DNA of 64,000 bases from an uncultured Bacteroidia bacterium (GCA_902787095.1 CADAFC010000001.1:9537-73536); one strand, 5' to 3'; positions 56,677 through 64,000 are shown, counted from the first letter of the stretch. Notes: a model not told the origin generated them from the sequence alone. Program-made: numbers and translations.

Positions 56677-57656
56677 ATTAAGGCTCTATATATTCTGTCA
56701 AACCTTATTTTCAACACTCTGGATAGCCTTTTCTTGAAAGATTGTATCGTTTTGCAATTCAGATAGGTTATTGATGTATGCCTTACTATCTTTTTGCATT
56801 CACATCTCACATTCTGCAAAACGTTGGTCCCTTGAACCAAATCAAGTAATGTGGCCATGTAAATATAAAGAAACTCCAGTGTATATCTGCGACAACAAGC
56901 GGGTTTTATATTCATAGTGCGAAAATTATCATATAAAATCCGAATGACACACAATTTGCTGTTGATATTATAATTCGCCGAAGAAATGGCAGATGACTGG
57001 CGGTACACCCAAAAATACAGCGCTTCATCAACATAGATGATTCGTGGGGCTTTTTGATAAACCTTCAAACTGAAATCACAATCTTGGGCATACCTGTAAT
57101 TGCCAGTGCGAATATCGTTTATCAGATCCCTCCTGTATAATTTATTCCATATATTCCTTCCTGTGAAATGTTCCGTGGGACGCACAAACACTTCAAGCAC
57201 ATCTTCCAAAGTTTTCTCGACAAAATCCGGCTTTATCTCCGACGATGTATCCTTATCAAAATGACTGGTATGCTCATATCCGACAAATGCCACATCATAT
57301 TTGTCTCCTGAAGCATTTGTCCGATTAATCGCCTCATACATTATCTTGATGATGTCCTTATGGAAATAATCATCTCCGTCGGGAAACCACAAGTATTCCC
57401 CATGTGCCACATCCTGTCCGGTGTTTCTGGCTGCCCATAAACCCCTGTTCTCAGGATGATGGATTACTCGGGCACGGGGGTCTTTGGCCGCAAACTCATC
57501 ACAAAGCTGCCCAGAGCCATCGGAAGACCCGTCATCAACAAGAATTATCTCCAGATTCTTATATGTCTGCCTTTCTATGCAGTCCAAACATCGTGGGAGA
57601 TAATTCCCGATGTTATATACGGGAACGATGACACTGACCAGAGGTTCCATTTTCAC
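56673..57656 (-). CDS. GT2 family glycosyltransferase
   Basis: 327 aa with VSVIVPVYNIGNYLPRCLDCI, VDDGSSDGS and FPDGDD. Confidence 0.85.
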   Translation of the reverse strand: MKMEPLVSVIVPVYNIGNYLPRCLDCIERQTYKNLEIILVDDGSSDGSGQLCDEFAAKDPRARVIHHPENRGLWAARNTGQDVAHGEYLWFPDGDDYFHKDIIKIMYEAINRTNASGDKYDVAFVGYEHTSHFDKDTSSEIKPDFVEKTLEDVLEVFVRPTEHFTGRNIWNKLYRRDLINDIRTGNYRYAQDCDFSLKVYQKAPRIIYVDEALYFWVYRQSSAISSANYNINSKLCVIRILYDNFRTMNIKPACCRRYTLEFLYIYMATLLDLVQGTNVLQNVRCECKKIVRHTSITYLNCKTIQSFKKRLSRVLKIRFDRIYRALI

Positions 57657-58528
57657 ACCGTATCCATGAAGCTCTTCTGCACCTTATTAAATATTAATAT
57701 GCCGAGAGCCAGCACCACTATCATAAATCCGAAGCTGTAGGCGAGCCAGCCCCAGCCGATAAAATGGCTCGCGCCGAGAAATCCGTGTTTGAACGTCTCG
57801 ATAATCGGCGTCACCGGGTTGAGGCACATCAGCGTGGTGAGGTCGAAACCTGCCACCTTCTTGCCTGCCACCTGACTCAAAGGATAGACAATAGGTGTGG
57901 CATACATCCACAACTGCACCAAAAACGAGAACAGCACCTGCAAATCGCGGTACTTGGTGGTCAATGATGAGATTATGGTGCCGAAACCAAGTGCCAGTCC
58001 TGCCATCATTATCACCAAGATAGGAAACAGCAGAGCGTATAGGGTCAGATGGGCGTTACATGTTGGGTTGAACAGCCAATAGCCTATATATATCACCACA
58101 AACAGTCCGAACTGTATGCTGAATCTCAGCAGGTTACTGGTGACATCGGCCAGCGGCATCACAAGACGGGGAAAATATACTTTTCCGAATATGCCGGAGT
58201 TGTTGACAAAAGTATTCGATGTCTTTGTCAGACAGTCGGAAAAATACTGCCACATGCAGATTCCGCAGAGGTAAAACAGCGGTTGTGGCACTCCGTCGGT
58301 AGGGATGCCGGCGATGCCGCCGAACACCACCATATACATGATTACCGTCAGGGCTGGCTGTATGAGCCACCACAACGGTCCGAGCACAGTCTGTTTGTAT
58401 TGTGTTATGATGTTTCTTTTAACGAAAAGGGCGCATAAATCACGATAGCGCCACAATTCTTTAAAATCAACTGAAAAAATGCTTTCCTTTGGCTTTATGA
58501 CCAAATCCCAGTCTTTAGTTTCTGCCAT
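57653..58528 (-). CDS. wzm: ABC-2 type polysaccharide exporter permease (Wzm/TagG-like)
   Basis: 291 aa with 6 TM helices. The N-terminal pattern is typical of Wzm/TagG (ELWRYRDLCALFVKRNIITQYKQTVLGPLWWLIQP). Confidence 0.88.
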   Translation of the reverse strand: MAETKDWDLVIKPKESIFSVDFKELWRYRDLCALFVKRNIITQYKQTVLGPLWWLIQPALTVIMYMVVFGGIAGIPTDGVPQPLFYLCGICMWQYFSDCLTKTSNTFVNNSGIFGKVYFPRLVMPLADVTSNLLRFSIQFGLFVVIYIGYWLFNPTCNAHLTLYALLFPILVIMMAGLALGFGTIISSLTTKYRDLQVLFSFLVQLWMYATPIVYPLSQVAGKKVAGFDLTTLMCLNPVTPIIETFKHGFLGASHFIGWGWLAYSFGFMIVVLALGILIFNKVQKSFMDTV

Positions 58529-58530
58529 AT

Positions 58531-59667
58531 TTAGTTAGATCGTTTTCTTTTGAACAAAATATTGCCGATTATGTGCCAGAAATAGCGCCAATCGGTACGG
58601 AACGGATGTTTCCTGTAGGCTTCAATGTACTTTTTCTCTGATTCCTGAATCTCTTCGAGTGTCTCAGGTGTCTTGTCTTCGTAATAGAACGGAGGCATCA
58701 GTCCTGGCTTCACGCTGATGTGCATCTGCTGCATCTCAGGGGTGTACATATTGAAGTATGCCGAACTCAAAGGACGCACGCCCACCAGCTTCATCTCACC
58801 TCTCAGCACATTGATTATCATTGGCAATTCATCATAAAGATTGCTCCGGAACAGGCGGCCCCACATGTTGATGCGATAGTCGTCTTTGTATTTGCCGCCT
58901 CGTTGCAGGCCCTCGCGCTCCATCATGTAAGGCTGCAGATACTCCGAGTAGGCATACATCGTCCTGAATTTATAGACTTTTATCTGTTTCCCATGGTATC
59001 CGACGCGGCCGAGTTTGATCATTAATCCATAGTTACGGGCTTTGGTGCGACGAGGTTCTTTTGCCTTTTGTCCCAGCACGTAAAACTCACCCATGCTGAA
59101 GCGTTCGTCGACGATGTCGAAACCTGCACGGCATATCCTGCCCAGAATCTCCACCCTCGGGTAAGAGCGGTTCTTGCCTTTTGTAACCCAAAAATAGAAC
59201 CAGCGGGTAAGATACAGCTTGGAAAAGACCCTGTGCCAGACGTAGTAGTTAACGCTCCACAGCTTGCCTCTTATGCCAGGGCAGGCGTTCAGCAAAGACT
59301 CACGTTTCAGTGCCGCGGTACGCGAGTGGCACCACAGATAGCCGCCGTCGGCAAGAGCATCGTTAGCTGTGCTTAGAAAGGTATCAAGGTCAGGAATATA
59401 TGACAGACCTTTTTTGTTGAGGATAAGCTCAGGTTTCGACTCCTCCAGTTTCTTGATATCCTCTATCTTGTCGGTGTCGATGATAGCCGTGGTATCCTGA
59501 AGCTCATCGGCATGTTTGTCCAACCATTCAGCTATAGCATCCGACTTACGGCCATTTATTGCTTTAAGAATGACTGCCAGATCAGGGTATGTAACGTTGT
59601 CCACATCCAGCTTCGCGCCTTCCCTTACCCCTCTTTCAGTGTAGTCCCTAAGATCTTTGTTTTTCAT
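58531..59667 (-). CDS. Phosphoglycosyl transferase (bacterial sugar transferase family) with an atypical N-terminal domain of about 190 aa
   Basis: 378 aa. The C-terminal catalytic core is present (KVYKFRTM, DELPMIINVLRGEMKLVGVRPL). The N-terminal half is not hydrophobic and looks like a degenerate methyltransferase fold (ALADGGYLWC..., GFDIVDE). Confidence 0.8.
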   Translation of the reverse strand: MKNKDLRDYTERGVREGAKLDVDNVTYPDLAVILKAINGRKSDAIAEWLDKHADELQDTTAIIDTDKIEDIKKLEESKPELILNKKGLSYIPDLDTFLSTANDALADGGYLWCHSRTAALKRESLLNACPGIRGKLWSVNYYVWHRVFSKLYLTRWFYFWVTKGKNRSYPRVEILGRICRAGFDIVDERFSMGEFYVLGQKAKEPRRTKARNYGLMIKLGRVGYHGKQIKVYKFRTMYAYSEYLQPYMMEREGLQRGGKYKDDYRINMWGRLFRSNLYDELPMIINVLRGEMKLVGVRPLSSAYFNMYTPEMQQMHISVKPGLMPPFYYEDKTPETLEEIQESEKKYIEAYRKHPFRTDWRYFWHIIGNILFKRKRSN

Positions 59668-59676
59668 TACTTAAAA

Positions 59677-60864
59677 TCATTCTTTGATAGTCGTAATCAA
59701 CACGCAACGGCTGAGTTCTTTTTCGTCGTAGAACATATAGTCGACACCGCCCTTGTAGTCGATAACCAATGTCGCCGGATCCACGCCGCATTCATTAACG
59801 AGGAAGTTAAACACCGCATGTGCACGGTTTTCCGAAAGCATGAGGTTGTGTGCCGGAGTAGCCGTCTGCTTGTCGGCGTAGCCGCAGATGAGATAACGTT
59901 GTCCCGGGAGGCCCTTCATGGCGTCGGCATAAGCATGCAGGTTAACCTTCTCCTTGTTCGAGATGTCCCAACGGTCTATCTGGAAGATTATATGGAACCA
60001 GAATTCAGGAACCTGTTTCTCTTTTATCACGACAGTGTCGGTAAGCATGACTGTGTCGGGACGCACCGCTTCGCCAAGATGCAGGATTTCGGTTGTACGG
60101 CGGGCAGGATTCCATTTGCTCATCTTCTTGCCGAGCAATATTGACAAACCTGCAGTCACTCCGAAGTTGCCGTCCATCTTGACATTTGCCTTGCGGTGAC
60201 TCATACTTGGCTCCACCACATATATCTCACCGTCGAAATCGTCGGAGAGGAGAGCGCCTCTTACGGCAATCATAAACCTCACATAATCGGTGATTTTGAA
60301 TTTGTTGATAACGCCAATATTGAACATGCCGCTTCGCACGCCTATGACGTTACGGAGGTCAAGATGTGCGAGGGCATAGTACTGAGTGAACCAGCCTCTC
60401 TGTTTTTTGAGTTCCATATAGTCATACTTGGGGTCGGCGCGTGTGTAGAAATCGTCGGTCTTGAAGTTGGCGACATACCACGTCCCCGCGTCTCTCGACT
60501 GATACAGTCCCTTGAAACGGGCAGTGGTGATGCCTAAACTGATACCTATTGAAGGTGACGCCCATTTGGTAATCTGAAAATCAATTGCGGGGAAGGCTAT
60601 CATCTCTGTGAAATCCTTCACCTTGTCGTCGTTTTCTCCATAATAAAGATGCGGACCTATACCGGCGACAAACTCCCAGTTATGCCAGAATCCGTTTGTG
60701 AAAAAGACCTCTTTCTCCACCACTGTGGTGGTGATAATCTTAACCGAATCCGTTACTGTTTCCTCAACAATGGTATAAGACTTGCCTTTTTTGTTTTCCT
60801 GTGCGAATAGCATGCACGGAATCAGCGTCAAAATCATAACCAATACTGTTATCCGTTTTCTCAT
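59677..60864 (-). CDS. OmpA-family outer-membrane protein
   Basis: It has a signal peptide (MRKRITVLVMILTLIPCMLFAQ). The C-terminal OmpA domain is present (ICGYADKQTATPAHNLMLSENRAHAV). The start is set at ATG 60864. Confidence 0.8.
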   Translation of the reverse strand: MRKRITVLVMILTLIPCMLFAQENKKGKSYTIVEETVTDSVKIITTTVVEKEVFFTNGFWHNWEFVAGIGPHLYYGENDDKVKDFTEMIAFPAIDFQITKWASPSIGISLGITTARFKGLYQSRDAGTWYVANFKTDDFYTRADPKYDYMELKKQRGWFTQYYALAHLDLRNVIGVRSGMFNIGVINKFKITDYVRFMIAVRGALLSDDFDGEIYVVEPSMSHRKANVKMDGNFGVTAGLSILLGKKMSKWNPARRTTEILHLGEAVRPDTVMLTDTVVIKEKQVPEFWFHIIFQIDRWDISNKEKVNLHAYADAMKGLPGQRYLICGYADKQTATPAHNLMLSENRAHAVFNFLVNECGVDPATLVIDYKGGVDYMFYDEKELSRCVLITTIKE

Positions 60865-60886
60865 AATTACGTTTTTATATAAGTTG

Positions 60887-61513
60887 TTATACATTAAGTT
60901 CCAACCAAGAGCTCTCAACCTCCACTGAGGCTGAGCCCAATATATCGAGCGACACGTAAAGACGCCGTCTGTTGTCTTCAGTACGCGTCACCGTGCCCTC
61001 CAATCCTGCAAGTTTGCCAACCACAACACGCACTTTGTCGCCGGCAGAATATGACATTCCCGTCTCCTCAAAGGTGACGGGCAGCTCATCTTGTTCGAGC
61101 ATACGGCGGAATATCGCCATCTCTTTGTCGGGGATGACAGCCGCAGAGGCTCTTCCATCTATATTATCGCGACGCGACGGGTCTACCATAAAACGATAGA
61201 TATAAGGCAACGTCACAACGTTCTTCAATCTTTCGTTTTCTGTCGTGCGCACAAAGACCTTTGACGTAAGCACCAATTTGTCAACCCATTTTTTACGACC
61301 GCTGGCGTACTGCTTAAACACGCGTTGAACCGGAATATAGTTTTCATATCCGAGCTCCGTGAGCCTCTTCCCACAAATCTTTTCGCTTCCATGTTTCACG
61401 ATGGCGACAAACCAACGTTTTTCTTCTGAAAACGCTATGCCTACGGCGTCGGCTGCGACATTTGCAGTCGTATTTGTAGGATAAACAACTATTCGTGTTG
61501 TACGAGCAACCAT
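60887..61513 (-). CDS. UpxY-family (NusG-like) transcription antiterminator, first gene of the locus
   Basis: It has a NusG-like NGN region (KRWFVAIVKHGSEKICGKRLTELGYENYIPVQ) and a KOW motif (GDKVRVVVGKLAGLEGTV). The ORF-track start (61576) is a TTG inside the -7 box, so the first ATG (61513) is used. The true start may be further in. Confidence 0.8.
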   Translation of the reverse strand: MVARTTRIVVYPTNTTANVAADAVGIAFSEEKRWFVAIVKHGSEKICGKRLTELGYENYIPVQRVFKQYASGRKKWVDKLVLTSKVFVRTTENERLKNVVTLPYIYRFMVDPSRRDNIDGRASAAVIPDKEMAIFRRMLEQDELPVTFEETGMSYSAGDKVRVVVGKLAGLEGTVTRTEDNRRRLYVSLDILGSASVEVESSWLELNV

Positions 61514-61573
61514 ACAAACGATTGAAAACGAGACACTTACGAAAAATCGTTTCGCTATCTCTAAAAACAACTG

Positions 61574-61581
61574 CAAAAATA
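61574..61581 (-). promoter_or_regulatory. Bacteroidetes-type -7 promoter box (TAnnTTTG) for the upxY-led locus
   Basis: The minus strand reads tatttttg, about 60 nt upstream of ATG 61513. Confidence 0.4.
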
Positions 61582-61639
61582 CATAATTTATTTATATATA
61601 ATAAATAAAAAATGCAAAAAGTTATCAACAAAATTCAAC

Positions 61640-61647
61640 GGGGGGGG
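61640..61647. repeat. G8 homopolymer tract in the divergent upxY/blaI intergenic region
   Basis: I counted 8 consecutive G directly in the sequence (caacggggggggtatt). Confidence 0.9.
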
Positions 61648-61721
61648 TATTGATAATCAACGACTTACAATTTTTTCAAAATAAAACTAAATTTTTAGTT
61701 ACATCGTATTAAAATAAGTTG

Positions 61722-61729
61722 TATATTTG
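61722..61729 (+). promoter_or_regulatory. Bacteroidetes-type -7 promoter box (TAnnTTTG) for blaI-like gene
   Basis: tatatttg lies 31 nt upstream of ATG 61760. Confidence 0.4.
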
Positions 61730-61759
61730 CAGCGTTAATTAGACATAAAAAATACAGTT

Positions 61760-62122
61760 ATGAAAGAGTTGACTAAAGCTGAAGAACAGGTAATGCAAGT
61801 GATTTGGAAGATCGGACAGGGTTTTGCCAACGAGATAATGGCGGCGTATCCCGAGCCGAAACCTGCGTATAACACAGTGCTGACAATGGTCAGGATTCTG
61901 GAAAAGAAAGGTTTCGTGGCGCACGAGACGTTCTGCAAGGCGAACCGCTACTACCCTCTTATCAATAAAGAGGAGTATTCCGCCAATTCGCTGAAAGGCC
62001 TGGTGCAGAATTACTTTAACAATTCGTACATGGACCTTGTTTCGGCATTTGCGAAAAAGGAAAACTTCACTATTGAAGAAATTGAGGAACTGAAAAAAAT
62101 GATTGAAAACATTAATGAATAA
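61760..62122 (+). CDS. BlaI/MecI/CopY family transcriptional repressor
   Basis: 120 aa with the winged-helix pattern LTKAEEQVMQVIWKIGQGFANEIMAAYPEPKPAYNTVLTMVRILEKKGFVAHE. Confidence 0.88.
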   Translation: MKELTKAEEQVMQVIWKIGQGFANEIMAAYPEPKPAYNTVLTMVRILEKKGFVAHETFCKANRYYPLINKEEYSANSLKGLVQNYFNNSYMDLVSAFAKKENFTIEEIEELKKMIENINE

Positions 62123-62123
62123 T

Positions 62124-62141
62124 GTCAAGGCATGCCTTGAC
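62124..62141. promoter_or_regulatory. Perfect 18-bp palindrome directly after the blaI-like stop codon
   Basis: gtcaaggcatgccttgac is its own reverse complement. There is no T-tract after it. Confidence 0.6.
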
Positions 62142-62169
62142 CCAACGGGATAAAACAAACATCCAGTAA

Positions 62170-62188
62170 GGATAACACAGTGTTATCC
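62170..62188. promoter_or_regulatory. Perfect 19-nt palindrome (9-bp arms) 17 nt upstream of the M56 gene start
   Basis: ggataacac-a-gtgttatcc. Its ACAnnnTGT-type core is reminiscent of BlaI/CopY-family operator dyads. Confidence 0.5.
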
Positions 62189-62204
62189 AATAAAAACAAA
62201 CATT

Positions 62205-64000
62205 ATGATAACAAGTATTATTTCAATAGCGATAGCGACAGCGGTGCTCTGGATAGCGTACAGAGTGCTGTTTATCAACAGCAACCGGCTGACTTTCAAC
62301 CGTGCCTTTCTCATCGTCGCACTCGGCTTTTCGCTGATATTGCCGGCAGTCGGCATGTATATCGGCAGAAGCACCCCGCAAATTGTGAGCTACCGTGAGA
62401 GTCTGTTTCAGGGCATCATGCTTGATGAGGTCGTTATCACCGCTGAAGGCGTGACAATAAGCAAACCGATGGAAAACACAGCTGACAATGAAGGCGCCGC
62501 GCCGGCAGTGGCAGGCAATAAAATAAGCTTTGACATTAGAGGAATCATGCGTCTTATATGGCTTATAGGTGCTATCGGCGCGACGCTGGTGTTCCTTTTC
62601 AAATTAGGGAGAATCGTTAATATAATTATCCGCTCGCCAAAGAAGAAAATGCAAGGTTTTACGGCGGTTTTCACCGGAAAGGAGCACGGACCGTACTCGT
62701 TTTTCAACTATGCGTTTTTCACCGATGAGGACGTGAGCCCGGAAATTGTGCGGCATGAGAAGAGCCATATCGAGCATCATCATTCGGCAGATATCATCTT
62801 TGTGGAGCTGATGATGATTCTGCAATGGTTCAACCCGTTTATCTACTTGTATAAGAGGGAGTTACAGAGCCTCCACGAGTATATGGCCGACCACGACGTT
62901 GTGGCCACCGGCGTTGACAAGAAAAACTACATGATGCTGATTTTGCAGCAGTGCACGGCTGTCGATTTCAGCGGAATGAGTAATAATTTCAGCTTAATCC
63001 TAACAAAAAAACGAATCAAAATGATTACACAAAACAAAAAAGCTAAGGGCGTGGTAATCAAGGCATTACTCACCCTCCCAGTGTTCGCGCTGCTTTTGTT
63101 CGCGAACTGCAAATCGAATGGTCAAAACAACGTGGCAAACGAAAGCAGGACCACAATAAAAATAGGCGAAGAGTCCTACGTCACGTTTGCCGACCCTATG
63201 GAAATAAACCTTGACGGGGAAAACTACACTCTCGACATCAACAGTGTCAAGAAAGAAAAGACCTTCAAGCTTGGCGACCACAAACTTTTTGCCAAAAACA
63301 ACCATGACGAGCGCAACAGCTACACTGTCACTGTCGACGGCAAGCCGTTTGACCTCAAATACCTTGTCAGTATGATATTCGATGAGGCCGCTGCAGAAGC
63401 AGATGGTGACGAAGTTTGCATGAGCGCTGAAAAATACCCTGAATTTCCTGGCGGAACAACAGCCCTGTTTGACTTCATCAACAAAAACGTAAAGTATCCA
63501 AGATCAGCAAGGGACAAAGGCATCGAAGGCAGGGTTTTTGTTCAGTTTGTGGTTGAAAAAGACGGCAGTCTGTCATCATTCACAGTGTTGCGTGGCGTTA
63601 GCGATGAGCTTGACGCTGAAGCAATCAGAGTGTTGAAGGCGATGCCGAAGTGGAAGCCCGGAATGAATGACGGCAAGCCTGTCAGAGTACAGTTCACAAT
63701 ACCTTTCAATTTCAAGTTATCAGACGATGGAAACACCATGACTGCCCTTTCGGGAACAAACTGGGAAGGCAGAGGCATAGGTGTCATGGACGGAGTGACA
63801 TACGACATGTTCATGACAATGAGTTTCTACCAAGACAACGACGGTTTGTTTGTGATGAAACTCGTAGCCGAGCAAAATGGCGAAAAGGCTGTTGTCTTCA
63901 AAGATGTGGCTCTCGACTTCAAGTACACCTTCGACGGCAAGTCGACAGGCTCTATCCAGCCGAAGAATCCTGACGGCAGCGACCTCGGAGAGGCCCAGCC
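62205..64000 (+). CDS. M56 (BlaR1-like) membrane metallopeptidase fused to a TonB C-terminal domain; continues past the right edge
   Basis: I translated this by hand from ATG 62205; it is open to the window end and so is not in the ORF track. The sequence runs MITSIISIAIATAVLWIAYRVLF...HEKSHIEHHH (HExxH)...then PEFPGGTTALFDFINKNVKYPRSARDKGIEGRVFVQFVVEKDGSLSSFTVLRGV...MPKWKPGMNDGKPVRVQFTIPFNF (TonB_C), followed by further sequence. Confidence 0.85.
   Translation, partial: MITSIISIAIATAVLWIAYRVLFINSNRLTFNRAFLIVALGFSLILPAVGMYIGRSTPQIVSYRESLFQGIMLDEVVITAEGVTISKPMENTADNEGAAPAVAGNKISFDIRGIMRLIWLIGAIGATLVFLFKLGRIVNIIIRSPKKKMQGFTAVFTGKEHGPYSFFNYAFFTDEDVSPEIVRHEKSHIEHHHSADIIFVELMMILQWFNPFIYLYKRELQSLHEYMADHDVVATGVDKKNYMMLILQQCTAVDFSGMSNNFSLILTKKRIKMITQNKKAKGVVIKALLTLPVFALLLFANCKSNGQNNVANESRTTIKIGEESYVTFADPMEINLDGENYTLDINSVKKEKTFKLGDHKLFAKNNHDERNSYTVTVDGKPFDLKYLVSMIFDEAAAEADGDEVCMSAEKYPEFPGGTTALFDFINKNVKYPRSARDKGIEGRVFVQFVVEKDGSLSSFTVLRGVSDELDAEAIRVLKAMPKWKPGMNDGKPVRVQFTIPFNFKLSDDGNTMTALSGTNWEGRGIGVMDGVTYDMFMTMSFYQDNDGLFVMKLVAEQNGEKAVVFKDVALDFKYTFDGKSTGSIQPKNPDGSDLGEAQ

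Noticed and set aside
61514-61576. Longer UpxY N-terminus starting at 61576
   Set aside because: That start is a TTG lying inside the predicted -7 promoter box (61574..61581). The added residues are hydrophobic and unlike NusG/UpxY.
16425-61581. Mobile element or genomic island boundaries (integrase, transposase, tRNA attachment site, direct repeats) around the glycan locus
   Set aside because: None were seen. The flanks are ordinary housekeeping and regulatory genes, and no tRNA gene is present in the window.
61577-61759. Invertible (fim-like) promoter controlling the glycan locus, as in Bacteroides fragilis CPS loci
   Set aside because: I found only a 7-bp inverted pair (ttatcaa/ttgataa) about 20 nt apart. 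There are no long inverted repeats bracketing the promoter, and no serine or tyrosine recombinase gene in the window.

Overview
This window looks like a Bacteroidales chromosome segment. The evidence is T9SS genes, a UpxY-type antiterminator, TAnnTTTG -7 promoter boxes and lipoprotein signals. All family calls come from motifs recognised by eye; no searches were run.

Layout:
- 1..16.4 kb is housekeeping. It holds the porP-porK-porL T9SS core (porL truncated at the left edge), rseP, an M23 peptidase, an acyltransferase, dnaX, a PorW/SprE-like TPR lipoprotein, bactofilin, folE, a BI-1 family protein, fabD, an S41 protease, yceD-rpmF and a CpsB-type tyrosine phosphatase.
- 16.4..61.6 kb is one very large surface-glycan locus, entirely on the minus strand. 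It has 44 tightly packed genes, mostly with 1- or 4-nt overlaps, and the largest gap is 66 bp. A UpxY (NusG-like) gene with its own -7 box leads it.
- 61.7..64.0 kb is a BlaI-family repressor plus an M56 (BlaR1-like)/TonB-C fusion that runs off the right edge.

The glycan locus is the best candidate for something undescribed, because it combines parts that normally belong to different assembly routes:
- an ABC exporter (one Wzm permease and two Wzt ATPases with diverged C-terminal domains, separated by an orphan membrane-anchored protein);
- a Wzc tyrosine autokinase plus a Wza outer-membrane export protein, with no recognisable Wzx flippase;
- a GtrA/GtrB/GT-C periplasmic modification module;
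- a CDP-ribitol/LicD (teichoic-acid-like) module;
- an NDP-hexose 2,3-dehydratase (2,6-dideoxysugar) cassette;
- an FdtA/aminotransferase (3-amino-3,6-dideoxyhexose) cassette with a catalytically degenerate second FdtA copy;
- UDP-galactopyranose mutase;
- a DUF354/DegT-like/FemAB-like cassette;
- about 17 glycosyltransferases.

The Wzc ends in a perfect (Tyr-Gly)16 tail encoded by a hexanucleotide microsatellite.

Outside the locus:
- a small palindromic repeat family has three copies, one of them in frame inside dnaX;
- an A8 tract sits at the gamma/tau boundary of dnaX;
- a G8 tract and two perfect palindromes lie around the blaI region.

No rRNA, tRNA, CRISPR array, transposase or integrase was seen.
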